This document shows, one piece after another, positions 8,261 to 17,330 of a DNA stretch of 32,000 bases; positions within the stretch are counted from its first letter, which is position 1; each line of letters begins with the position of its first letter. The stretch is from an uncultured Bacteroidota bacterium. GTDB taxonomy: Bacteria; Bacteroidota; Ignavibacteria; Ignavibacteriales; Ignavibacteriaceae. The position numbers and the translations under genes are program-made. The notes below the pieces were generated by a model, which did not search any database, had not been told where the DNA came from, and was given only the letters and a program-made list of their open reading frames with translations. The DNA lies in NCBI GenBank assembly GCA_963782475.1, contig CAWAJW010000015.1, forward strand, positions 811,007 to 843,006, given 5' to 3'.

Positions 8261-8832
8261 AAGGAGAAGGAAGGAAAAGATGAGGTTAGTATGCTGCAAA
8301 ATGAGGTTACTCTATCCGGAAAGTCAACCTCACCCCCGACCCCTCTCCTTATAAAGTAGAGGGGTTCTACGAACATTGGAGTGATAAGCAAATATTGAAA
8401 GCAGTAACATTTTATTGCTAATCATATCATCACCTTTTTCCTAGACAGAACCTGAAATAAAAAGCTTTATCTGTCTGCCGGCAGACAGGTTGAAAATGAG
8501 GTTATTGCTTCCTTCCCCTTTATAAGGAGAAGGAACGAAAAGATGAGGTTAGTATACTGCAAAATGAGGTTACTCTATTTGAAAGTCAACCTCACCCCCG
8601 ACCCCTCTCCTTATAAAGTAGAGGGGTGGTATGTGCATTGGAGTGATAAGCAAATATTGAAAGTAGTAACATTTTATTGCTAATCATAGCATCACCTTTT
8701 TCCTAGACAGAACCTGAAATAAAAAGCTTTATCTGTCTGCCGGCAGACAGGTTGAAAATGAGGTATTGCTTCCTTCTCATTTATAAGGAGAAGGAACGGA
8801 AGGATGAGGTTAGTATACTGCAAAATGAGGTC
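8261..8832 (+). repeat. Array II of module A: partial 3' piece 8261-8308, full units 8323-8571 and 8585-8832
   Basis: Same sequence as arrays I and III, period about 262 bp. Confidence 0.9.
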
Positions 8833-8863
8833 AGCGGATAGGATATAACAATCCCGGAAAATG

Positions 8864-8949
8864 AATTGCCGCTTAAGAAAACTTGTATCTTTTTACTTTT
8901 ATCTTGTGTCTTGTAAAGTATCTTTTTACTTTAATCTTGTATCTTCGAC
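8864..8949 (+). repeat. Module E copy abutting the 3' end of the M24 peptidase gene
   Basis: aattgccgcttaagaaaacttgtatctttttacttttatcttgtgtcttgtaaagtatctttttactttaatcttgtatcttcgac. Confidence 0.8.
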
Positions 8950-8979
8950 TGAATCATTCATCAATGCCCAATCCACACC

Positions 8980-10170
8980 CTATCTTACGATAGGGAACAC
9001 CTCTTTCTGGATCTCCTGTCCCGTCGTCATAACCTTTCCATCGGGAGAAACATATACATCGATTTCACTTCTTATACCGAAATCGGGGAGATAAATTCCC
9101 GGCTCAATTGAAAAGGAGGTGGAAGGTAAAATTAATCTTTCATCGTGGGTTTCATAATTATCCATATTTGCACCGCTGCCGTGAAGTTCGGTAGTGATGG
9201 AGTGCCCTGTCCTATGGAAGAAATATTTGCCGAACCCTGCTTTAATAATTACATTCCTGGCAGCATCGTCCACTTCAAACCCTCGGACATCCTTTCCCTC
9301 TTTAAATCTTGAAGCAACCAGGTTGAAGGCTGTATCCCTTGCTTCGGCGACAACATCAAAAACCCTGCTCTGCTTTTCCGGTATTACATGCTCGGTATAC
9401 CCTGTCCATGTAATATCCGCCCAAACTGCATCACTTTTATCCTGTTTAGCCCAAAGATCAATTAAAACGAGACAGCCCTTATTGATAGCGCTATGAACCT
9501 CTGCTGTCGGCGTATAATGAGGGTTTGAACTATTAGAGTCAACTCCGACGATCGGAGGGAAATCTGTTACAAATCCGTTCTCATTAAATCTCTTCATTAT
9601 AAACTGCTGGACTTCATATTCATTTGTGTTTTTGTCATTTGTCAAACGTTCACTTATAAAATCAAAAGCTTCTTTAACTATTTCAGTCAGTGCTATAGCA
9701 ACGGGACGGTTTTCTTCGAATTGTTCATGAGACCAAACTGCAGCAAATTTTGATATCAGATCGCCGCTGCTTGAAATTTCAAATCCCAAAGATTTTAAGT
9801 ACTCAATTGTCCCAGCGTCAACTTTGGAGATGTAGGGGATATTGTTATTTGGTGAATATTCCATTACAACTTTTTTTGCCGCATGGTTAATTTTATTTAA
9901 ATGCTCATTCAAGGAATCAAAGCTCGAGTATGTATATTTTTCCCCCGGTAAATGGTTTAAATGCCCTGCTTCAATTTCATTCACAATTTTAATAGGAGTT
10001 CCTTTCTTAGGAATAAAATAAAAAAATCTTCTTGTAAGGTGTGATGTTTTGGGGATCTCAAGAATCTCCAGTCCTAAATCATTGCTCCCTCTGAAATCAT
10101 AAATAAGCCATCCGTCAAAATTCAATTTTTGTAAATTGGCCTGGATATTATCTAAGTTAAATTTATGCAT
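8980..10170 (-). CDS. M24-family metallopeptidase (Xaa-Pro aminopeptidase/prolidase-like)
   Basis: C-terminal pita-bread fold motifs: DITWTG, HRTGHSI, SIEPGIY, with a creatinase/prolidase-like N-domain. 396 aa uninterrupted. Confidence 0.8.
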   Translation of the reverse strand: MHKFNLDNIQANLQKLNFDGWLIYDFRGSNDLGLEILEIPKTSHLTRRFFYFIPKKGTPIKIVNEIEAGHLNHLPGEKYTYSSFDSLNEHLNKINHAAKKVVMEYSPNNNIPYISKVDAGTIEYLKSLGFEISSSGDLISKFAAVWSHEQFEENRPVAIALTEIVKEAFDFISERLTNDKNTNEYEVQQFIMKRFNENGFVTDFPPIVGVDSNSSNPHYTPTAEVHSAINKGCLVLIDLWAKQDKSDAVWADITWTGYTEHVIPEKQSRVFDVVAEARDTAFNLVASRFKEGKDVRGFEVDDAARNVIIKAGFGKYFFHRTGHSITTELHGSGANMDNYETHDERLILPSTSFSIEPGIYLPDFGIRSEIDVYVSPDGKVMTTGQEIQKEVFPIVR

Positions 10171-10314
10171 TTAGAATCTCCCGTATCAATAAGTTTTATT
10201 AATATTGAAATAAAGTTAACAAATGGTTAAACTATAAAAAAATATATTGATTTAAATGAAGAGGAGAAATGACGTGAAACAAGAGGTAGAGGATTTTACG
10301 AAATGCACACTCAA

Positions 10315-10414
10315 GAGGCTGACCAAAATGCAGCACAGATTAAACGTTTTTGTTTTGAGACTTGAAATCTGTGCGTCAAATAATTTATAAAGATTATATT
10401 TTTTGGTCAGCCTC
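10315..10414. repeat. Module H, copy 3 (internally shortened)
   Basis: gaggctgaccaaaatgcagcacagattaaacg...aatctgtgcg...ttttttggtcagcctc. Confidence 0.8.
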
Positions 10415-10542
10415 CAACGGAAAGATGAGGTTGGTAACCGGAAATGATATCAGCGGATAGAATATAAATTGGAAGATGGGAAGTTAGGAAGATTAGAAGT
10501 TAGGAATCCGGAAAATGAGAAAAAAAATTAAAGAATATATCG

Positions 10543-10886
10543 TAAGAATTAATTGCCGCTTACGAAAACTTGTTTCTTTTTACTTGTATCTTGTGTCTTC
10601 AACCAACAACCCCCTCGCCCCCTTTGATAAGGGGGACTATTGTACGCTGACACTATGAACCTCATAATGCAATACCTCACTTCTGTTGCGTTACAACGAT
10701 TAAGATTTCTCAGTCATACCAATGAAAGCAAATTGGATTCCTTCGAAATGACAGGGTGTTGCTCGTTCTGTCATTCGACGACTGAAAGGAGGAGAAATCT
10801 TACGTATCAACGATTAAGATTTCTCAGTCATACCATTGAAAGCAAATTGGATTCCTTCTACTTCCGGTAGATAAATCGAAATGACA
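10543..10886 (+). repeat. Composite E + right-TIR hairpin + B + gaaatgaca hairpin + SD-like box + B hairpin
   Basis: Same module order as 16937-17330 and (partly) 3020-3250. The ORF-track ORF 10640-10870 lies entirely within it. Confidence 0.85.
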
Positions 10887-10971
10887 AGGCGTTGTGTCGT
10901 TTCCAAGAAGCATGACTCAGACAGGACAGAGAATCCAAGCGAAATTTTCGTATACACTATCTTTTTCTTTT

Positions 10972-11196
10972 GTACTTTTTTCTTGATAAAAAAGTACTCC
11001 CGATTTTCATCGGGATAAACTCCAAATCAAGACTGCAAATAAATTACTAAAATTTTATTTCATTCCGCTACAGAAAAAGAACTCGTCCCGCCATCTATGA
11101 AGGCAAGAGGCGGGACTCAAACAGCTTTTTCTGTTTAACCTGCCTAGCCGGCAGGCAGGCGCTTCATTCCATAAAATTTTTTACGTAATTTATTTG
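10972..11196. other. Single-copy (within this window) cluster of nested perfect hairpins; candidate structured ncRNA or MITE
   Basis: Stems gtactttttt/aaaaaagtac (10972-10997) and tcccgat/atcggga (10998-11015). About 22-bp AT-rich arms at 11036-11058 and 11171-11196 enclose acagaaaaag/ctttttctgt (11070-11134), gtcccgcc/ggcgggac (11085-11116) and cctgcc/ggcagg (11139-11155). Confidence 0.5.
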
Positions 11197-11449
11197 AGGT
11201 CGAAAAGTCACAATCGTTGATATTTCGTTAAGAAAAGATTTCCCTGTCGCCAATACATATTCCGGAATGTGCTCCTTCGAAATGACAGGGTGTTGCTCGT
11301 TCTGTCATTTCGAATCCCAACTGATACTGTTAAACTTATAGTTGTTGGGTGAGAACTCTTTCGTAAGATTTCTCGCTCATCAATGGGTCATCCAATTTAA
11401 AGTTCGCTCTACCTCCGGTAGATAAATTGAAATGACAATATGCTATGAT

Positions 11450-11885
11450 CAATCTTCCGCTCTCCTATCTTCTGCTTTTCCAACCTCAACCTCTGCACTA
11501 TGACAGTCTTCGACAAGCTCAGACTGACAGAACGGACACAGACTGACGGTGTGTTGTGGTCATATTGAGCTTGTCGAAATATGACCCGCTATTGAGTGTA
11601 GCAGCGGGACAGTCTTCGATAAACTCAGACTGACAGGTGACTTCACAAATCTTCCAAACTTCCGCTCTTCCTAGACAATCAAGATTTCAAGATTCTTTTA
11701 AATTGAATGAATTGTTGAATGATTGAATGAATGAATGATTGAATGTTCGTTGATCTCTGCCTTCCTATCTTCCTAACATCTGCTTTTCTGTTCTTCCGAC
11801 CTCTGACCTCTCACTATACTACGACAGTCTTCGACAAGCTCAGACTGACAGGGCGCTTCCTAACTTCTGCTCTTCTGACCGAAGG
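11450..11885 (+). repeat. Module D composite, copy 1: polypyrimidine tract, C hairpins, ggtcatat/atatgacc and cccgct/agcggg hairpins, TGAA-rich microsatellite
   Basis: Colinear with 13279-13630 and 13871-14187. The microsatellite at 11701-11747 is shorter than in the other two copies. Confidence 0.8.
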
Positions 11886-12064
11886 TACCGCTAACTTTAT
11901 TTTGTGAAAGTTCCATTGTATGATATGCACAAATTGCTTCAACATTAATGAGGGGATTTGGGGATTCAGAGAATAGACTTCGTCTTACAATCTCAATAGC
12001 TCATTGTCTTAGGCTTTCTTCTTCAACCTAAAAATCTTCAATAACATATTGGATTGGCTCTATT

Positions 12065-12556
12065 TTATCCGACCCAGTTTTCTGCTGTGGAATGGAGTCT
12101 TGTAAAATCTTTCATTGCGCTTTCAGTATAATTCTTAAAGCAAACAACAGGCACGGAGGAAAATTTAAATATATTATTGGCAACATTTCCCATCATTGAG
12201 TTCAATCTGCCGGACCATCCATGCGAATTTATTATGATGAGGTCGATATTATTCTTCTCAGAATAACTTAAAATTTCCTTTAATGGTTCCCCGAACTTTA
12301 TTACTTCCGTAATATTTGCGGCCGGGTGCGGAATCTCATGTATAAATTTATTCAATTCTTCCCGTACATTATTTACTTTAATTTTATGCAGATGATCTTC
12401 ATCCACAAGGGAATCCGAACTATAATTCGGTTTAATAACATGCATTAAGTGAAGCAGTCCCCCGCTTTGATTTGAAAGAGTGCAGCCCAGAGTAAAACTA
12501 TGGATTGAATTCTCGGAAAGGTCGATTGGAACAAGTATATTCTTTAAATTCAACAT
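12065..12556 (-). CDS. Universal stress protein (UspA family)
   Basis: ILVPIDLSE N-terminus, HLMHV, and the C-terminal nucleotide-binding-like stretch DLIIINSHGWSGRLNSMMGNVANNIFKFSSVPVVCFK. Confidence 0.75.
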   Translation of the reverse strand: MLNLKNILVPIDLSENSIHSFTLGCTLSNQSGGLLHLMHVIKPNYSSDSLVDEDHLHKIKVNNVREELNKFIHEIPHPAANITEVIKFGEPLKEILSYSEKNNIDLIIINSHGWSGRLNSMMGNVANNIFKFSSVPVVCFKNYTESAMKDFTRLHSTAENWVG

Positions 12557-12576
12557 AACTTACCTCCTTTCAATTA

Positions 12577-12927
12577 TTAAACGGTTAATAGGTCGAGTGT
12601 ATTCTTTACTTCCAATATATCAAATGGTTTGTAAAAAATGGCTTTTACATATTTTCTGATTTTTTTATCAAACTCTTTAAATTCATTTCTATATACGTAA
12701 AGCAGGATTACAGGAATAGTTGTTATATGCTGAATATTTCTACATACACTTTCTGTTTCTGCTGTCGGTTCAGCATCCATCAGAATTATATCGAAGGAAG
12801 TATTTCTTGAAATCAATTCAAAGTCTTTAATATCTGTTGTTAATGTTATATTATACATGTTTTGTAAATACATTAAGAAGCTGAAGCTCATTACAAAATC
12901 TGAACTATATAGGAGAATTTTTTTCAT
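12577..12927 (-). CDS. Stand-alone CheY-like receiver domain protein (atypical acidic pocket)
   Basis: KKILLYSSD ... DIILMDAEP ... PVILLY ... YKPFD layout of a receiver domain. The N-terminal DD pair is replaced by SD. It lies 20 bp upstream of the Usp gene on the same strand. Confidence 0.55.
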   Translation of the reverse strand: MKKILLYSSDFVMSFSFLMYLQNMYNITLTTDIKDFELISRNTSFDIILMDAEPTAETESVCRNIQHITTIPVILLYVYRNEFKEFDKKIRKYVKAIFYKPFDILEVKNTLDLLTV

Positions 12928-13278
12928 TGGTCATAATATTGATGTGTATATAGGTATCAAAGTTTCAATTACTATTTATATGCCAGGAAATGATGAGTCA
13001 GTAAATTCACTTTTTGGAATAAACACCAATGTTCGTAATTGAAGAAGTGCTTTGTTTTCTCTTTATTGCAAAAAGAATTTTTAAGATGTAAGAAAGAGGG
13101 AGGAAGTGAAGTGGGGGATGACCCGTTTCGTAATAAGTTTCTCATTGACAGTCTTCGACATGCATGTTGGGTAGGGATGGTCCGCTGCATTTACATACAC
13201 ATGACAGTCTTCGACAAGCTCAGACTGACAATGCGCGCCTGCGACCAGACTTTCAAACTTCAATTCTATAAGATGTGC

Positions 13279-14402
13279 ACTATGACAGTCTTCGACAAGC
13301 TCAGACTGACGGAACGGACACAGGCTGACGGTGTTTTGTGGTCATATTGAGCTTGTCGAAATATGACCCGCTATTGAGTTTAGCAGCGGGACAGTCTTCG
13401 ATAAACTCAGACTGACAGGTGACTTCACAAATCTTCCAAACTTCCGCTCTAGACAATCAAGATTTCAAGATTCTTTTAAATTGAATGAATGAATTGTTGA
13501 ATTGTTGAATGATTGAATGATTGAATGAATGAATGTTCGTTGATCTCTACCTTCCCATCTTCCTAACTTCCGCTCTTCTAACCTCTGACCTCTGCACTAT
13601 GACAGTCTTCGACAAGCTCAGACTGACAGGGTGCCCGCGACCAAACTTCCAATCTTCTAAACTTCCTAACTTCTGCTCTTCCGACCTCTGACCTCTGTGA
13701 GAAATCTTACATTCAACGATTAAGATTTCTCAGTCATACCAATGAAAGCAAATTGGATTCCTTCGAAATGACAATGTGTCTTTCCACCTTCAGATAAATC
13801 GAAATGACAATATGCTACGAACAAACTTCCCATCTTCCTAACTTCCGCTCTTCTAACCTCTGACCTCTGCACTATGACAGTCTTCGACAAGCTCAGACTG
13901 ACGGAACGGACACAGGCTGACGGTGTTTTGTGGTCATATTGAGCTTGTCGAAATATGACCCGCTATTGAGTTTAGCAGCGGGACAGTCTTCGATAAACTC
14001 AGACTGACAGGTGACTTCACAAATCTTCCAAACTTCCGCTCTAGACAATCAAGATTTCAAGATTCTTTTGAAATTGAATGAATGAATTGTTGAATTGTTG
14101 AATGATTGAATGATTGAATGAATGAATGTTCGTTGATCTCTACCTTCCCATCTTCCTAACTTCTGCTCTTCCGACCTCTGACCTCTGTGAGAAATCTTAC
14201 ATTCAACGATTAAGATTTCTCAGTCATACCAATGAAAGCAAATTGGATTCCTTCGAAATGACAATGTGTCTTTCCACCTTCAGATAAATCGAAATGACAA
14301 TATGCTACGAACAAACTTCCCATCTTCCTAACTTCCGCTCTTCTAACCTCTGACCTCTGCACTATGACAGTCTTCGACAAGCTCAGACTGACAGGGTGCC
14401 CG
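13279..14402 (+). repeat. Tandem duplication of a D/C/B composite: copy 13279-13870 (592 bp), copy 13871-14360 (490 bp), partial third copy 14361-14402
   Basis: actatgacagtcttcgacaagctcagactgacggaacggacacaggctgacgg recurs at 13279 and 13871, and its first part at 14361. The second copy lacks about 100 bp lying between two cttcctaacttc tracts. Microsatellites at 13478-13536 and 14072-14128. Confidence 0.85.
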
Positions 14403-14416
14403 TTGACTATACTGGA

Positions 14417-15421
14417 TTATTCCTGATAAAGTTTTCCAGTTCTTTTAAATGATACTATTCCTTCGGTACATGTTGGGCTCGTAAGATTAAACCTTGCATT
14501 TGCTGCAGCGATCTGGAGGCATTTATCCAGCGGCAGCTCTTCATGAATACCGTAAAGAATACCTGCACAAAATGAATCGCCGGCACCATTCATTCCTTTT
14601 ATATCCTTTTCATTTATTTGATAGGAAGGAATAAAATATCTCCTCCCCGATCTGTCAGCAGCAAAACCTCCTTCGGGATAATGTATGACAACAATATCAT
14701 TAACTCCATATTCAAATAGTAAATCAGCTGCTTCAGCTAACCTTTCCTTATAAATACTTTTATCTTTATCACGTATGGGGATCCCGGTTGTTTTTGATGC
14801 TTCAATTTCATTTACAATAAAATAATTTGTGAAAGGAAGACAGGGCTTAACTATTCTCTGGTAACGGTCTGATTCTTCGGAGATTAAATCTATTGAAGTT
14901 TTGTATCCTTTCTTTTGCAAGAGGGAGAGAGCTTTTGCCCCGGCAACTTTATATTCTGTATCTTCCAGGCACAGCTCATGCAGGATAAGAATATATGCCA
15001 GGTGGAATATTTTTGCATTAGTATTAATCTTTTCAAATTGCTCTAAACCGAGAGATGCATTTGAGCCTGTGTTATGAAAAAATGTCCGCTGACCCGTCTT
15101 TTTAACAGTATATACATCCGTATATGAAGTAGGGAGCTTAGAAGTTAATACTACGGATGTTGTATCTATCCCTTCATTCTTTAAACAATTCAAAATATAT
15201 TCGGCGCGGGTATCATTGCCGAGAACTGCAGTAGCATAGAGGGGGAGGCCCACCTTTAATCTTGCCAGATTCATTAACACATTAAAAGGACCTCCTCCCG
15301 TACTAAGGAATTCTTCTTCAATATTCACCAGCATCCCTTCTCCGGGAAAATGATCTATTATCTTTATCTGGTCAAGAAGGAAATTACCTCCTGTTTGTAT
15401 TCCATTCCGCATTATAGGCAC
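14417..15421 (-). CDS. PfkB-family carbohydrate kinase (ribokinase-like)
   Basis: GGGPFNV N-terminal motif and the C-terminal GAGDSFCAGILYG anion-hole/ATP motif typical of the PfkB family. 334 aa. Confidence 0.8.
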   Translation of the reverse strand: MPIMRNGIQTGGNFLLDQIKIIDHFPGEGMLVNIEEEFLSTGGGPFNVLMNLARLKVGLPLYATAVLGNDTRAEYILNCLKNEGIDTTSVVLTSKLPTSYTDVYTVKKTGQRTFFHNTGSNASLGLEQFEKINTNAKIFHLAYILILHELCLEDTEYKVAGAKALSLLQKKGYKTSIDLISEESDRYQRIVKPCLPFTNYFIVNEIEASKTTGIPIRDKDKSIYKERLAEAADLLFEYGVNDIVVIHYPEGGFAADRSGRRYFIPSYQINEKDIKGMNGAGDSFCAGILYGIHEELPLDKCLQIAAANARFNLTSPTCTEGIVSFKRTGKLYQE

Positions 15422-15514
15422 GCATAATTAATAATAGATTAAAAATAAATATTTTCATGGTTTAGTGGAAATTGAGAAGGGAGGTATGGAAAGGGATGTG
15501 TGGTGTTGGATCCG

Positions 15515-15629
15515 GTTGAAGATACAAGATAAAAGTAAAAAGATACTTTTACAAGACACAAGATAAAAGTAAAAAGATACTTTTACAAGACACAAGATAA
15601 AAGTAAAAAGATACAAGTTTTCGTAAGCG
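15515..15629 (-). repeat. Module E in inverted orientation, expanded as a 34-bp tandem repeat x3
   Basis: gataaaagtaaaaagatac recurs at 15528, 15562 and 15596. The element ends with the reverse complement of gccgcttacgaaaacttg. It lies about 95 bp upstream of the PfkB start. Confidence 0.85.
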
Positions 15630-15698
15630 GTACTTTTTTCTTTTGCATACGCTCAACCAGCAGAGCCCTGACAGTCTGAGCTTGTCGAAGACCGTACG

Positions 15699-15791
15699 CT
15701 GACACTATGAACCTCGTAATGCAATACCTCACTTCTGTTGCGTTACAACGATTAAGATTTCTCGGTCATACCATTGAAAGCAAATTGGATT
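15699..15791 (+). repeat. Module B repeat (truncated copy), preceded by an inverted C hairpin at about 15668-15694
   Basis: ctgacactatgaacctcgtaatgcaatacctcacttctgttgcgttacaacgattaagatttctcggtcataccattgaaagcaaattggattc. Confidence 0.85.
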
Positions 15792-15797
15792 CTGTAT

Positions 15798-16912
15798 TAC
15801 CCAAGAAAATTGACACAAATAGGAAAGGGTAACAAAAAGAAAGAAATCAATATTATTAAATTTCATTTAAAATGTGTCAACCTTTTTTGGGATAAGTCAA
15901 TCCTGAAAGTAAACCTCACCCCCGACCCCTCTCCTTATAAAGTAGAGGGGTGGTATGTGCATTGGAGTGATAAGCAAATATTGAAAGTAGTAACATTTTA
16001 TTGCTAATCATAGCATCACCTTTTTTCTGACAGAACATGAAATAAAAAGCTTTATCTGTCTGCCGGCAGACAAGTTGAAAATGAGGTATTGCTTCCTTCT
16101 CATTTATAAGGAGAAGGAACAGAAGGATGAGGTTAGTATACTGCAAAATGAGGTTACCCTATCTGAAAGTGTTTTGACCCAAGAAAGTTGACACAAATAG
16201 GAAAGGGTAGCAAAAAGAAAGAAATCAATATTATTAATTTTATTTAAAATGTGTCAACCTTTTTTGGGATAAGTCAATCCTGAAAGTAAACCTCACCCCC
16301 GACCCCTCTCCTTATAAAGTAGAGGGGTGGTATGTGCATTGGAGTGATAAGCAAATATTGAAAGTAGTAACATTTTATTGCTAATCATAGCATCACCTTT
16401 TTTCTGACAGAACCTGAAATAAAAAGCTTTATCTGTCTGCCGGCAGACAAGTTGAAAATGAGGTATTGCTTCCTTCTCATTTATAAGGAGAAGGAACGAA
16501 AAGATGAGGTTAGCATACTGCAAAATGAGGTTACCCTATCTGAAAGTGTTTTGACCCAAGAAAGTTGACACAAATAGGAAAGGGTAGCAAAAAGAAAGAA
16601 ATCAATATTATTAAATTTATTTAAAATGTGTCAACCTTTTTTGGGATAAGTCAATCCTGAAAGTAAACCTCACCCCCGACCCCTCTCCTTATAAAGTAGA
16701 GGGGTGGTATGTGCATTGGAGTGATAAGCAAATATTGAAAGTAGTAACATTTTATTGCTAATCATAGCATCACCTTTTTTCTGACAGAACATGAAATAAA
16801 AAACTTTATCTGTCTGCCGGCAGACAAGTTGAAAATGAGGTATTGCTTCCTTCTCATTTATAAGGAGAAGGAACGAAAAGATGAGGTTAGCATACTGCAA
16901 AATGAGGTCAGC
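15798..16912. repeat. Array III: 377-bp tandem repeat x3, each unit = module G (about 130 bp) + module A (about 247 bp)
   Basis: gtaaacctcaccccc starts at 15909, 16286 and 16663 (exact 377-bp spacing). Copies differ by only a few substitutions and one 1-nt indel. G contains the inverted repeat cccaagaaagttgacaca ... tgtgtcaaccttttttggg. Confidence 0.95.
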
Positions 16913-16936
16913 GGATAAAATATGACAATCCCGGAA

Positions 16937-17330
16937 AATTAATTGCCGCTTACGAAAACTTGTATCTTTTTACTTGTATCTTGTGTCTTCAACAGACAAC
17001 CCCCTCGCCCCCTTTGATAAGGGGGACTATTGTACGCTGACACTATGAACCTCATAATGCAATACCTCACTTCTGTAGCGTATCAGCGATCAAGATTTCT
17101 CAGTCATCTCTATGAAAGCAAATTGGATTCCTTCTACCTGCGGCAGATAAATCGAAATGACAAAGTGTTGCTCGTTTTGTCATTCGACGACTGAAAGGAG
17201 GAGAAATCTTACGAACAACGATCAAGATTTCTCAGTCATACCATTGAAAGCAAATTGGATTCCTTCTACCTTCGGTAGATAAATCGAAATGATAATACGT
17301 TCCTCTACCTTCAGATAAATCGAAATGACA
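16937..17330 (+). repeat. Composite E + right-TIR hairpin + B + gaaatgaca hairpin + SD-like box + B hairpin (second copy of the 10543-10886 architecture)
   Basis: Colinear with 10543-10886. The right-TIR-type hairpin ccccctttgataaggggg lies at about 17005-17027. Confidence 0.85.

Noticed and set aside
10640-10870. 76-aa ORF with internal repeat QRLRFLSHT.ESKLDSF; also ORFs 13039-13350, 12972-13190, 13081-13263 and 8861-9094
   Set aside because: They lie entirely within B/C/D/E repeat modules. The same reading frame carries stop codons in other copies of the module (for example 8130-8165). There are no start-site signals.
11036-11196. Known housekeeping ncRNA (6S, SRP/4.5S, tmRNA, RNase P) in the hairpin cluster
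   Set aside because: I could not find the diagnostic conserved motifs: the SRP GGAA-tetraloop/AGCA symmetric loop, a tRNA-like GGTTCGAATCC...CCA end, or the RNase P GAGGAAAGTCC. The branched fold does not match the single long irregular hairpin of 6S. It is kept only as an unclassified candidate.
15916-16900. Three near-identical 76-aa minus-strand ORFs (MQY.NLI..FLLLINEKEAIPHFQLVCRQTDK...) at 15916-16146, 16293-16523 and 16670-16900, as a small multicopy protein family
   Set aside because: They are translations of module A. Every difference visible in the protein track is amino-acid-changing. In arrays I and II a 1-nt indel at the ccgg(c)agac palindrome shifts the frame (compare ORF 4451-4666). 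There is no RBS-like sequence, and the composition is hairpin-derived (PLLYKERGRG = C/G hairpin).
15798-16912. CRISPR array
   Set aside because: The period is 377 bp and the whole unit is repeated, including what would be spacers. There are no 25-40 bp repeats with unique spacers and no cas genes in the window.
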